Of a DNA stretch of 64,000 nt, positions 22,299 through 34,138 are shown piece by piece. The translations under genes and the position numbers were made by a program. Origin of the DNA: Histomonas meleagridis 2922-C6/04-290x. Lineage: Eukaryota > Protista > Parabasalia. The stretch spans positions 90,247 through 154,246 of the forward strand of contig JAANOX010000007.1 of the NCBI GenBank assembly GCA_020184695.1, read 5' to 3'. The notes beneath the pieces were generated by a model. The model worked only from the letters and a program-made list of their open reading frames with translations. It searched no databases and was not told the DNA's origin. How positions within the stretch are numbered: position 1 is the stretch's first letter; the number at the start of each line of letters is the position of its first letter.

Positions 22299-25200
22299 AT
22301 GGTTCATTGGGTAAACTTTCCCATATCTTTTTTTGGAATTAAATTTACTTCTGTTGGCCTCGCAAATTTTGTCAGGATTGCTCTTTACTTAGCCTTGTTA
22401 CTTATATTTGAATTATATTTTTATTTAAATAGGATTACGGAAGTTGCAATTATTAGTTTAGCCGTAGTTCTTGCAGTAATTTTCTTTTTATCAAAAATCG
22501 CAGGTCATGTTATCAATTCTTTATTATCTTCTGTAACAACAATTACTAATACAAACGAACCAAATCAGAGCGATATTCCCGAAGGATTTTCAGAAGAAGT
22601 ATGGAGTGTCAGAGACTTACTAAAAAACCCATCACCAAATCTTGATGTAGTTGTTAATGATTTAATTCAAAATGGTTATGATTGTGATGAAATTTTTAAT
22701 CTTGTTGATTACTTAAAAGACAATCAAGTTTCTCCTGTTGTGATAGAGACTGTAACCGAAGATATGGTTTATTTTTGCGGCAAACTTCATCCAATTGGAA
22801 ATTTATTTGAAAGGTCATTCATTGAAAATTTTATTCCTTTGAATAACACAGTTGGCTATACTGTTTTCACACTCATCGTCACATTTGCATGTGTATATCT
22901 TTCTTTATATGTCCGAGATCAATTTCTAGATCGTGAAAAATGGTGGGTGGCCTTTGTAGTTAGTTCTAGTGTTTATACGATATTTTATCCTCCGTCACAT
23001 GATCCTTTTCTTATGAATATTAATGATTGTTGGGGTGGAGGAGCTCGTGCATTAGCCATATCCATAATCTGTGGACTTTGGATTGCATTCTTAAAACTTC
23101 AAGAAAACTACGGTATCAGCACTTTACCATTTTATGACATGACAATTAATTGGAATACTATTACTCCAATCGTTTCAATTGTCTTTAAATGGGCAATGAT
23201 TCTATTTCAATTTTGGGTTTTAGCGCCAATGGTGGGGCACCCCATTTCGGTTATTGTATCGTTCATTGAAAGTGTCTGTCGTTATGCGTTTGGTCAAAAT
23301 GGTGTTGGAAGTATAATACATATGATTATTCAATTAGTACGTGGATGTATAAGTGTAGCATGTGTATGGGGAGTGTTACAAGATAGTCTTGATGATTTAC
23401 ATATTGCAGCATCTATAGCGATAGCAACATTTTTAAGTTTAATACCAATTCCTGATAAGGGGCTTAAGAAAATCTGGCAAAAAGTAGTCTTCGGACCATT
23501 TATATCAGCAGCAATATCATTATTGATATCATATATTATTACACATTTTGCAAAACCAAAATATTCTGTTGTTAAATGGGTTTGTTTTGGTATTTTAGCT
23601 GCTAGCGACATAGTATTTCCATTTTTAGACTCATGTCAACGATATTTTATCTTTCATTGTATCTTTTTCCGCTATATTAAAATCTTTGGATTTATTCGTG
23701 GATTAATTACACAATTTATTGTCCCGATATTTATCTCATGTACATTAGTTAATACGAAACTCGATCCGATTTATATTTCATTTTTAATAGTACATGCAGT
23801 TTATAAATCATATACAGAACCACATATCATAGTAATAGCTATTTTCTTATCTATTGTCACGTTTTATTATGATTTTGATTTGACTGATCATTCAACGAAT
23901 TTCTTTTTATCATTAATCATTGCAACGAAACTTGAATCATTTTATCATAGTGTCGAAAATGTATATAAGAGTCGTTATATAGTTATGTTATTTTCAGAAG
24001 TAATTGTTGATTACACACAAAATATATTAACAGCACTATTTCTTGTTATTGGTAAACTCATTGATATATTCCCATTAATTGATTTTTGTTGGAAAGTTCC
24101 AACATTAATTTGGGCATTTATAACAGGGGGTAACACAGGTAAATATTTAGGAATTGGATATTTCTTAACACCACATCCAATACGGCCATATTATTTTTAT
24201 GATCATCCAAAAACTACTGAACCGAACATTAATGAATTATTTACCACGAAAATCATTGATCATCCAATTGAAACGCCAGTATATTTCTCAATGTCACATG
24301 GATTAACAGAATCATTTGCTAAATATGTACGGAATGGTCGATTAGGTTATGTTAATGTTGGTGACATGTTTATATTCATATCGAATAATTTTATTTCTAT
24401 TGTACATGTTATCTCTATCGAACCAAATTGTATTAAAATCCAAATGAGAGGTTTAGAATATTCAGCACAAACTGCATGTCATGAATCAGAGATTAACTTC
24501 TTAAAACGAATCATTGATGATTATGAAGTATTACCTAATTTCCATGCAGCTTTTGTAGATTCTGTTTTCCAATTTGATTTAAGACTTTTAAGTTTTAATA
24601 TATCTATGTATGAAACGACAAAAACTGATTTAAGTACTTCTTTCTCAGGTATTGATCAAGAACAAATGCGAATGGGATTTTTAAATTGTTTATGTTATAT
24701 ATTAACTAAAGTACATATTGATATAAATGAAATACAAGAAATCCCTCAAAGTTTAGACCATGAAACTCGAGCATATTTTGCATATGATAATAAAATGCGC
24801 CAATTTTTGGAGCAATCACAATTCGAATTTGATGACAATTCATTACACAAATATTTAATCTTGTTCTATATCATTGGTAAACTTGTCTATAATCAAGACG
24901 GATCATTAAACAAAATCAGTCTTACAAATGTATTTAAAGGAGATGTTGTCTTACATGAACAATTCTCTTGGGTCTTTAATTCGGACAAAATATTAAATAA
25001 TGTTATACTACGTGCAATATATTTAGGAGTTGGCGTAAATTATATGAACTCAAATGGCTTAGGTTATAGTTCGACAGATCCACATGATGAAATTGTTGCG
25101 TTCTTGAATGAATTCTTACAAAGTTATGTTGTCGTGCCTATAAATTCGGAAGAATTCCAAAAGGCATTTTTGGAAAAAGAAAGAACAATTTTAACAGTGG

Positions 25201-25484
25201 CAAAACAACAGAATAATGAACCAATTTTGTTGCGCTTTAATGTATCTGATAAACTCGAATGGTCTGTGTACAAAATTAATTCCGAACATGTAAGAAGTTT
25301 ATGGGCATATGAAGAACATGACTTAATGTATCATATGAATTCGGAGTCGGAAAGAACTTCAATACAATCGAATCAAGGCGCATTGAATAATTTGGTGATT
25401 CAATCTTGTGATTTGCCAGTGGGATATCCTGCGTATGTAAGTCCGATTTTGAATTCTTATTCAACATGTTTCGATCTTTTTTAA
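22299..25484 (+). CDS. PCNX: Pecanex-family multipass membrane protein
   Basis: Many TM helices; QMRGLEY..TACHESE and HVRSLWA...ERTSIQ...LNNLVIQSCDLPVGYPAYVSP match Pecanex_C motifs. Confidence 0.9.
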   Translation: MVHWVNFPISFFGIKFTSVGLANFVRIALYLALLLIFELYFYLNRITEVAIISLAVVLAVIFFLSKIAGHVINSLLSSVTTITNTNEPNQSDIPEGFSEEVWSVRDLLKNPSPNLDVVVNDLIQNGYDCDEIFNLVDYLKDNQVSPVVIETVTEDMVYFCGKLHPIGNLFERSFIENFIPLNNTVGYTVFTLIVTFACVYLSLYVRDQFLDREKWWVAFVVSSSVYTIFYPPSHDPFLMNINDCWGGGARALAISIICGLWIAFLKLQENYGISTLPFYDMTINWNTITPIVSIVFKWAMILFQFWVLAPMVGHPISVIVSFIESVCRYAFGQNGVGSIIHMIIQLVRGCISVACVWGVLQDSLDDLHIAASIAIATFLSLIPIPDKGLKKIWQKVVFGPFISAAISLLISYIITHFAKPKYSVVKWVCFGILAASDIVFPFLDSCQRYFIFHCIFFRYIKIFGFIRGLITQFIVPIFISCTLVNTKLDPIYISFLIVHAVYKSYTEPHIIVIAIFLSIVTFYYDFDLTDHSTNFFLSLIIATKLESFYHSVENVYKSRYIVMLFSEVIVDYTQNILTALFLVIGKLIDIFPLIDFCWKVPTLIWAFITGGNTGKYLGIGYFLTPHPIRPYYFYDHPKTTEPNINELFTTKIIDHPIETPVYFSMSHGLTESFAKYVRNGRLGYVNVGDMFIFISNNFISIVHVISIEPNCIKIQMRGLEYSAQTACHESEINFLKRIIDDYEVLPNFHAAFVDSVFQFDLRLLSFNISMYETTKTDLSTSFSGIDQEQMRMGFLNCLCYILTKVHIDINEIQEIPQSLDHETRAYFAYDNKMRQFLEQSQFEFDDNSLHKYLILFYIIGKLVYNQDGSLNKISLTNVFKGDVVLHEQFSWVFNSDKILNNVILRAIYLGVGVNYMNSNGLGYSSTDPHDEIVAFLNEFLQSYVVVPINSEEFQKAFLEKERTILTVAKQQNNEPILLRFNVSDKLEWSVYKINSEHVRSLWAYEEHDLMYHMNSESERTSIQSNQGALNNLVIQSCDLPVGYPAYVSPILNSYSTCFDLF

Positions 25485-25980
25485 ATAAATAATTATTTCG
25501 TTTAAAATATTTTATTTATTTATTTATTTATGGATATGTTTGTTTTGTGTGATAATACAATAGAGTATGAGAAATATTATAATAATTGCAATTGCTAGAA
25601 ATATATAAATTAAGATTTTGAAGATAATTTTCGTTGATGGAGAACTTGAAGTAGTAGTTGCATTCTTTGTTTGCCATTTTTTAAGATGAATAATAGCAAA
25701 AAATAGAAGAATATTCAATTGGGTAAATATTTTTTTTTATAAAATAGTTTCTTTTCTTTGGTTTTTTAATATAAAAACTTTGTTAATCTTATTTTCGATA
25801 TGAAAATAAAAAGGAACTGATGAATTGGGGTGGTCTGATTTTTCACAAAAATTTTTGAAAAATACTTTTTGAATGCATAAACTTTTCAAATTTGAATATG
25901 TCAGAACAGAATAAATTGTACACTTTTGTGTATCCACACAAAAATTTGACAAGAGTTCGTTTGGATATAAATTAGGCAAA

Positions 25981-27191
25981 ATGTCGAAACAGACAGCATT
26001 TCGCCTTGAAGATTTTATTGTTGAATCCCCAATAGGCCAAGGCGCATACGGTCAAATTTATAAAGCTGTTGAAGTTGGAACTGGAAAAGTTTATGCATTA
26101 AAAGCAATGAATAGAAGATGTCTTATGAAGATGAAAAAACAAAGCCTACCAATTGTAGAAAAAAATGCACTAATTAAGTGTGCTAGTACTTTTGTTGTTC
26201 GTTTATATGGAACGTTCAAGGATGATTCAAATTTGTATTTTGTACTTGAATTAGCAGAACATGGTGACCTTGCAGAAGCCGTAGGGGATATTGGAAGTCT
26301 TAACACTAATGTAGTTAAACTTCTTTCTGCTCAAATTTTTGAAGCAATCTGTGTATGTCATAAAGCAAATGTTATCCATCGTGACCTCAAGCCAGAAAAC
26401 ATTCTCCTCGACTCGCAAAACCACGTTCTTCTCTCAGATTTTGGTACAGCCCTAATTGAAAAATCTGATAGTCAAGAATTAAATCGTTCATCCATTGTTG
26501 AACTCCAGCCTTTGTTGCCCCAGAGCTCCTTAATGATGGAAAAATCTGTTATAGTTCTGATATGTGGTCATTTGGTTGTGTCATATTCAATCTTCTTACA
26601 GGCACAGCACCTTTTAGTGGACAAAACACAGTTGAATTAATGAACAACATCACTGAGCTTAAGTTTAATCCAGTCATTAAAACACTTCCGAAAACCGCCA
26701 AAGATCTCATCACATCCTTACTTAAGCTTGATCCACACGAGCGTATTGGATACGGGGAAGCCAAAGAAGGCTATCCCTCCATTCGTAACCATGCCTTTTT
26801 CAAAGGCATTGATTGGAATAATTTGTCAAATATCAAAATGCCTGTTTTCACCAAATTCGAAGAAGAACAACAACCAACCATTGCAGATTCCATGCTAAAT
26901 GAAGGGGAGACCATTCTAATGAATAGTATTGTCGACAGAAAGCGATTATTTGGTTGGAAAGAGCGTTCGATATTTTTGACTAATCAAAAGAGACTTTTGT
27001 TATTTAACAACAAAACGCACGAGTTTAAGATGGCAATAGCATTAACGAATGGAGTCAAAGTGAATGTTGCACAAGATGGGAAAGAATGGACAATCACTTG
27101 GGGAAAAGGCCAAACGCAAACATTTAGATCAAATGATGGAACTGGCGGAATGTGGGCAGCATCAATAATGAGGGAATCAATCAAACCATAA
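25981..27191 (+). CDS. PDK1: PDK1-like AGC kinase with C-terminal PH domain (one frameshift at ~26500)
   Basis: GQGAYG, HRDLKPEN, DFG. Restoring one G at ~26500 gives SIVGTPAFVAPELL...SDMWSFG and joins the two ORFs. Confidence 0.85.
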
Positions 27192-27592
27192 AAATCTTAT
27201 TAAAAATTTATACATAAATGAAATTAAATTCACTTTTTTTATGAAATATTCATTTATCAGATTCTTTAAAATATATTTTTTTGGTTTCATAATATACAAA
27301 TTAATAAAATTTTACATTCGAAAAGAAATTACATAGTTAGATTCATATTATGAAGTTCTTTATAAATTTGTATAATGAATAAAGAAATTAATAATAAAAA
27401 AAAAATGTTCCAATATATATTGAAACTGCAAAAAAAAGGTATTTTGAATACTAAATCGTTTGTGAAAAATTAAGTAAAATATCATTTAATGTTTAAATAT
27501 AGATATTATAAATACTAGTAGTGAATAAAAGAATTATAAATTATAAAAATTTACACAACTTTTTCCTTACAAATCTTAGCTTTAGATGATTA

Positions 27593-29807
27593 TTAAATTG
27601 ACTTAGCATTAGATTTTTCTTCAAGTAATTCAACTACATCACTAAAACCATATTTAGATGCCAACATAAGTAATGTATTAAATAATTTGAATAATTTCCA
27701 AATAAAATTGTTTAATTTCAAATTACTAAAACAAACATTAAAATATATAAAGAAATATCCTCAACAGTGATGTCGATTCCTTCTTGATCAAGAAGTAATT
27801 TAACTGTATCTATTTTACCACTAATAATTGCTAATGTTAATGCTGTTTGAAATAAATTAAATAATTTCCAAATCATATTTTTGAACATCAAATTTTTTAT
27901 ATGAACTGCAAATAAAACAATTAAATATCTTTAGCATTAATATCAATTTCTCCATGTCCAAGAAGTATTTTAACAGTTTCAGTATTAGAATAGCATGCAG
28001 CACCCATAAGCGGAGAAAAAAGTCATGCACAAAAACACCAAATATTATATTGGAATATGTTATTATTAGAAAAAAATTTAAATAATTTAAAAAAATATTT
28101 TGACTTATAATAATTCCTTTTTGTTCAAGAAGTAATTTCAAAATTGTATTATGACCTTGTTCACATGCAACTAAAAGTGGAGTTATAAAAACTTAAAACA
28201 AGTTCCAACTTTTGGAATGAATCATCAATTTGCTATAATAAGCATCATTATAAAGTAATATATATCTTGTGAATTAATATCAATACCATTTTGATCAAGA
28301 AGTAATTTAACCATTTCATAATCATTATTTTGTACAGATATAATAAGTGCTGCCCAAAATAAGTTAAATAAATGCCAAATTTAATTATTAAACATGATAT
28401 TCTTTCAAAAAAACATTTTACGATACAAAAAAATATCTTTAGCATTGATATCAATATCTTTTTGTTCAAGAAGTAATTTAACAATATCAATATTACGACT
28501 ATCAACTGCATTCATAAATGCTGTTCCAAATAATTTCGTAAAATTCCAAAAGTAAAAAATATACAAAAAATTATTAAAACAAGTGTTCAATAATGTAAAT
28601 CAATATCTCTTCTATTAATATCAATTCCCCCTTGTTTAAGAAGAAATTGAACAAGCTCAAAGTTATTTGATCTTACAGATTTGAAAAATATTTTATTTAT
28701 ATCTTTAATATTATGAAGGAAGCACATAATAAAAAATAAATTTCCATCAGTTGTTGCTTCACTGATTATTTCATCATTAATTTCTAATCCTTCATCTTGT
28801 AAATATAAAAAAATATCATAATTATGATATAAAATACATTTAATTCCGAGATATTCTAAGTTAATATTTTCAACAATTTTATTCTCATATAAATATTTAA
28901 AGATATCATTTCGATGAAATTTAATTGCTGCTTCATATGCACCTTCAAATGATGAATGATTTTGTTTACATAAAAGAATTATCTCTGTATTTCCACCTAC
29001 AACAGCATATTTACTTGTTTCATTTACATTGGAACCATTCATAAGTAAATATTTAAAACATTTAACCGAACCAAAAAATGCTGCATAATCAATTAATGTA
29101 ACATTATAACCATTAATAAAATCATATCGCTCATAAATTGATGGTTCAATGTATTGATTAAAATCAAAATCATTTTGTGATGTTATTTCTTGAAGTTTTT
29201 CTACTTCATCATTTCGAATTATTTTTAAGATTTCATTCGGATTATGTCCTTCATGAACAAGTTTCTTATGAAGTGCAAAATCATTATTTGAAAGTTCTTC
29301 AATGGGAAAAGGAAATTTGATGTTTCTTAAATGAACATAATTTTCTATATCATCATTTAAACTAATTAAATGCATAAAATATGGATTATTTGTATCATCA
29401 TAATGTTTATGTTTTTTAACAAGTTCAGCAGAAATTAAATTCTCTTCAAGTAAATGAGCAATAATGTAGTGAGAATCATTTGTACAATAATTAACAATTA
29501 TTTCATATAAAATTTGAAAAATTTGTGGATTTTGTGTGAAAATTTGTTCTTCAATGGTTTCTAATAATTTAAGGAATTGAATATATTTATTAATTCCCTT
29601 TCCATGTGAAATAAAAGAAGAATATACAAATTTACAAAGCAAAGAATTGAAGGAATAAGGAAAATTTTTATCAAAATATTTGATTATTGTTTGAACTACT
29701 GAATTTAAATTTTCTAGTTTTGCTTCGTAAATATATTGATAGATTTTTTGAAGTTGTTTAATTTCCAAATTTTTATTTTGACTCATAAAAAAATTAACAC
29801 TTTTCAT
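27593..29807 (-). CDS. Trichomonad-type ankyrin-repeat protein, gene B, with six spacer-interrupted repeats
   Basis: ORF 28587-29807, then intact modules 28524-28435, 28353-28264, 28183-28097, 28016-27927, 27846-27757 and a terminal module 27676-27593 (TLLMLASKYG...SNAKSI*). Confidence 0.82.
27677..28604 (-). repeat. Six spacer elements in gene B (80, 81, 80, 80, 80, 80 nt)
   Basis: 28525-28604, 28354-28434, 28184-28263, 28017-28096, 27847-27926 and 27677-27756. Confidence 0.9.
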
Positions 29808-29924
29808 TCAATCATTCAAAAAAATCGAAGCTTAAATAAATTTTAATGAAAACCAAAAAATTCAACATAAGTGATATGTGAACTATTCTGTGTTAATGAA
29901 AACAATCACGTGAAGCATTTTATA

Positions 29925-30392
29925 TTAGGATAAATTTAGAAAGTATTTTTGAATATTGTCAAATTGCAAACCCCAGGAATTTTGATCATTCTCAAAATAT
30001 AATTGAAGGCCTTGACATCTCTCTGTTACAAATTTTCGGTCATTCTTTCCAAATATTTTCTATTGGGAAAATTCCAAGTTAGGTTGAAAAGTAAGAACAT
30101 AATTTTTTACAAGTGAGGCAAATTTAAACAACGTGGAATATCTCTTATTGAAATATCTAACATCTACTGTGTTCCCGTTTGAAATTCCTATTTCAATTAA
30201 GTATTCATATGTATTGATTGATTCATTAAAACGAAATCCTTCAACTGAAACATACAATGGCGGATAAGAAGTTGAAGAAAGAAGAAGCGAAACCTTGTAT
30301 TGTGGAAGAGAATTTATTGGAACTATCATGAAATGAAGTGATGGAGGTAGAAGAACTCCTTCTTTCAAAATACCACTTTTTAAATACATCAT
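29925..30392 (-). CDS. Small PX-domain protein with several homopolymer frameshifts
   Basis: YLIEIG...NKRYSTLFKF...FPNRK...ENFVTERCQGLQLY...MIKIPGVCNLTIFKNTFL pieces match the PX (RRY..F, ER..GL..Y) pattern once frames are joined. Confidence 0.6.
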
Positions 30393-30777
30393 TTTGACAA
30401 AATTCAGAACTAAAACTTCAAACCTTCCAAACAACAAATGGGCTAATTTTAAAAAAATTTTTTTGAAATTAATTAAAAAAACAATAAAATCCAGAATAGT
30501 GTTAAAAGTGAAAGTAATTAAATTTTCTATTTTCATTGAACAGTGAAATATTAATATTATTGCAATTTTGCAAAATTTTATTACACTAGGAAACAAAGTG
30601 TAAAAGTAAAAATATTTAAAAAAAGAATTGTTCTCAAGCAAAAATTTTTTATTTGTCAAATTGTAGTTTTGATCAAAATTTACTGGCAAAGTCATTTTCC
30701 ATTTAAAAATGATTTGTTTGTGCTCACAAAAATTGAATTCAAAATTGGCCTGCAGTTCAATGGATCCGACCACTTGA

Positions 30778-31974
30778 ATGTCTATTAAGGTTCCAGCTGG
30801 ATACCAATATAAAACTTCCCTTGAAATTGTGGCAAAGTACATTGGTTTTAATGCAGATTTTAATGAAGATACAGAAATTACAATTCCAACACTTAAGGTT
30901 GGAGAAAAAGAAATTTGCGGATTTGTTTCAATTGCAAATGAAATGGCTCGTACTACGAAGGTTGGAGGGAAGCTTGTGAGCAAGCGTTTACTTGCAGATG
31001 GCGATGCTCAAAATTCAGCTTTGATTGAACAATTCACATCAATTGCCGATTCAATATTTAACGAAACAAGTAAATCAGATGTAAAGGCTGTTATTGGTCA
31101 AATCCAGTCACACATTAAGACAATGACTTATTTGGTTTCTGATACATTAACAATGGCTGATATTCTCATGTTTTTGGCTCTTTACCCATCTGCCAAAGAT
31201 CTTTCTGATCAGGAAAAGAAATCAGATTTTGCCGATGTTGTTCGTTGGATGCTCTTTATTAATTCCCAACTTGGAAATCCATTCCAACCAATTGAAGTTC
31301 AAAAGGGAGAATACCATTCCAAGAACAAGGGTACAAAAGCCTCTCAACAAAAAGGCAACAATCAATCTCACAAAAATAATAACAATGACCAACAATTACC
31401 ACAAGGCGGCAGGAAAGCCAAGAAGCAAGCTAAGCCCAAGCAGCCAGCAGCTCCTAAAGAACCAGAATGTGATCCATTCCAAATGATTGATGTTCGTGTT
31501 TCACGAATTGTAAAAATTTGGCCACATCCCGATGCCGATACTCTCTACTGCGAAGAAATTGATATTGGTGATGGTGTTATCAAGAGGGTTATTACAGGTG
31601 TTCGTAATTACATTCCAATTGAGGAAATGGAAAATCGCCTTGTTGTTGTCTTCACTAACATCAAACCTGGAAAGATAAGAGGCCAGCCGTCAGAGGCTAT
31701 GGTTTTCGCCGGCTCGAACGCTGACCATTCGAAAGTGGAACTTTTGACACCTCCCGCCGATACACCGGTTGGAACTCGCGTTCTCTGCGGAGACTTCGTA
31801 AATCCTGAAATTAAGCCATCAGTTGATAGCAAAGGAAAGTGGTGGAAAGCTGTGAGCGCAAACAATCAATTGACAATCAATGCTGATGGACAAGCATGTT
31901 ACAAAGGAGTACCGCTTCGTGTCCCACAAGGTAACATTACAGTCGCCACCCTTACCAACTGTGAATTCCATTAA
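30778..31974 (+). CDS. Arc1p/AIMP1-like aminoacyl-tRNA synthetase cofactor (GST-like N-domain plus tRNA-binding EMAP-II/OB domain)
   Basis: TYLVSDTLTMADI (GST-C-like); DVRVSRIVKIWPHPDADTLYCEEIDIG...TNIKPGKIRGQPSEAMV. Confidence 0.88.
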   Translation: MSIKVPAGYQYKTSLEIVAKYIGFNADFNEDTEITIPTLKVGEKEICGFVSIANEMARTTKVGGKLVSKRLLADGDAQNSALIEQFTSIADSIFNETSKSDVKAVIGQIQSHIKTMTYLVSDTLTMADILMFLALYPSAKDLSDQEKKSDFADVVRWMLFINSQLGNPFQPIEVQKGEYHSKNKGTKASQQKGNNQSHKNNNNDQQLPQGGRKAKKQAKPKQPAAPKEPECDPFQMIDVRVSRIVKIWPHPDADTLYCEEIDIGDGVIKRVITGVRNYIPIEEMENRLVVVFTNIKPGKIRGQPSEAMVFAGSNADHSKVELLTPPADTPVGTRVLCGDFVNPEIKPSVDSKGKWWKAVSANNQLTINADGQACYKGVPLRVPQGNITVATLTNCEFH

Positions 31975-32238
31975 ATAAAACAAAAATACAAAATTTGATT
32001 AATGATATCATTAATTCCAAGAAAAAAAAAATAATAAATAAATTTCTTTAAATAAACTGAATGAACGACATATGTTAATTGCAAACTAAAGTATTTCTAT
32101 TGATAAAAGATGAGAATAAGTTGAATGCTTGAGAAAGACCAAACGCGCCTGCAAAAAACGATATAACTTTTTGAATATCAAAGATTTTGATGAAAAGAAA
32201 AAGTTATTATAACAAGTGATTTATAAATCATAAGTTTG

Positions 32239-33627
32239 TTAAACAAGTGTATCTATGAAACAAGCATTTTCCATGGTGAATCCCTGAAGCATTTCTTGCG
32301 TTTCAGCACTTATTAGTTCAGGGTTTTCATACGAAAACACAGGATTTTCATTTGTGAACTGCTTATCAAATTGGGAAGTATCAGTATCACTACATAAATT
32401 AGGCTTCCACTCCATAGGCACTGTCTTTAACAATAAGCCTTCCCAATCAACGCCTTCAAAGAATGGATGATTTTGCACATCATCGATTTCATTTGGACCA
32501 GATCCAAGTCTTTTTGCAGGATCTTTTTCCAACAATTTTGATATGAAATCAATTACTTCATTTGATCCTCCAACAGGAAACTCGACAGGGTCATAAACTA
32601 TTGAGCGAAACATAACATTTGTATCAGAATTATAAAATGGCGAACGACCATAAAGCATTTCATATGTTAAAATGCCGAGCGACCACCAATCTACAGCTTT
32701 ATCATATGGTTTCGACAAGAGCATTTCGGGAGCAACATAATCTGGCGTACCGCAAAACGTTGATGCTCTGTCACCTTCATTATCCATTTTTTCTTTAGCG
32801 AGACCGAAATCGGTCAGTTTAATATATCCATCTTCGTCGACTAATATGTTTTCAAGTTTAAGATCGCGATGTACAATTCCAATAGAGTGAAGATAACAAA
32901 GCGCGAGAACTAACTGTGCAACATATAACTTTACACGATCTTCTGAAAACTTCCTTTCTTTACATAGACGAGTAAATAATTCTCCGCCAGGAACATACTC
33001 TAATGCTAAGAATAATTTTGTTGGTGATTGAAATGAATAACGAGCTGATGTCAGAAATGGATGATTAGCTTTGAGTAATGCGTTTCTTTCTGTTAAGGTC
33101 TTCCCGATGAGATTATAATCGGCTAAGAACCTTTTGGATAATGATTTTAATGCATATAATTGACCATCACTTTTATGTTTAACTAATTGAACTTTACCAT
33201 ATGAACCACGCCCAATGACTTTTAGAACAGTAAAGTCAGTGATTTGGATGGTGACTTTCTTTCTACCTTGTTTAGCTTGCGCTAATTCTTTCATCCATTC
33301 TTGAGTTTCTTTCTCGGACTTGAATTGAAGATAAAGTTTCTTTTTATCAGTACGAATAAAGACAACATTTTTTCGTTTGTTCTTTAAATCAAGCGTAATT
33401 TCTTCAGCTTCTTTCATATTGATTGTCTTGAAGCTTTTCTGCCCTGGTTTTTTACTGTAGTTTAAAACATTTCCATCAAGTACAAACCATCGCTTTTGCC
33501 ATGTCTTGAAGATGCCGCCGGGCTTGTATGCAAAGCCTTGCTTCGATAAGCATTCTTGGTTCGCCATTAAATCAGAATGATTTTTAACAACATGTTGTTT
33601 TCTATTCAAAAAATAAATTCTTATCAA
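32239..33627 (-). CDS. AKT: PH-domain AGC kinase, Akt/PKB-like (likely start ATG 33567)
   Basis: PH: KQGFAYKPGGIFKTWQKRWFVL. Kinase: GRGSYG, HRDLKLEN, DFG, STFCGTPDYVAPE. C-tail: DTSQFD...GFT. Confidence 0.85.
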   Translation of the reverse strand: MIRIYFLNRKQHVVKNHSDLMANQECLSKQGFAYKPGGIFKTWQKRWFVLDGNVLNYSKKPGQKSFKTINMKEAEEITLDLKNKRKNVVFIRTDKKKLYLQFKSEKETQEWMKELAQAKQGRKKVTIQITDFTVLKVIGRGSYGKVQLVKHKSDGQLYALKSLSKRFLADYNLIGKTLTERNALLKANHPFLTSARYSFQSPTKLFLALEYVPGGELFTRLCKERKFSEDRVKLYVAQLVLALCYLHSIGIVHRDLKLENILVDEDGYIKLTDFGLAKEKMDNEGDRASTFCGTPDYVAPEMLLSKPYDKAVDWWSLGILTYEMLYGRSPFYNSDTNVMFRSIVYDPVEFPVGGSNEVIDFISKLLEKDPAKRLGSGPNEIDDVQNHPFFEGVDWEGLLLKTVPMEWKPNLCSDTDTSQFDKQFTNENPVFSYENPELISAETQEMLQGFTMENACFIDTLV

Positions 33628-34138
33628 AAATTAGATAAAGGTTTGAATTAAGTAATTGGTCCAGATTTTATTTCTCAATGGAGATATCCTTTGAGGTTTT
33701 TCAAAGTTTCTAATTATGACCAACCCCAACTCAAATTTTTCATCAACGTTTCGTCAGCGTCATTTTTTGGAAAAATCCATCAGAAAAAAACATCAATTTC
33801 AAACCGGCAGAAACTTAAAATTTGTTAAAAACAAACTGACAACGAGGGGAAATTTGAATTGTTGTATAACACTTTTCATTACCGATTTCTGAGGTAAAAT
33901 CCTCAGAATATTTTAACGCTGACCGATCATTTCACACACAATATTTCCTTTAGGTTTGTTTTGAATTAAAAGTGTTATTTCATTCCAACAAATTGCAATT
34001 TATTTTTTCTGATAGTGCTATCGAATTTGTGGAAAAAATCAAGTCAAATTCAAATTTAAAAAATTCCTATGTAAAAATGATTCATAATTTTATCTCTTCA
34101 TTAAATGCATTTTCAATGAAAATTGTGTGAAAAATATT

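Noticed and set aside
3594-28604. Spacers read through by one programmed -1 frameshift, or excised as TA-bounded IES-like DNA
   Set aside because: Copies at 3594-3673, 28017-28096 and 28184-28263 have downstream-frame stops near their 3' end. TA-to-TA excision restores frame in only a minority of copies.
30393-30983. N-terminal part of ORF 30060-30983 (-)
   Set aside because: Antisense to the Arc1-like gene plus AT-rich intergenic read-through; only the PX-like part from 30392 looks real.
33887-33908. 8-bp hairpin TTCTGAGG-TAAAAT-CCTCAGAA between the Akt-like and U1A-like genes
   Set aside because: Single short stem with no supporting ncRNA motif; no true AUUGCAC U1A-binding loop nearby.
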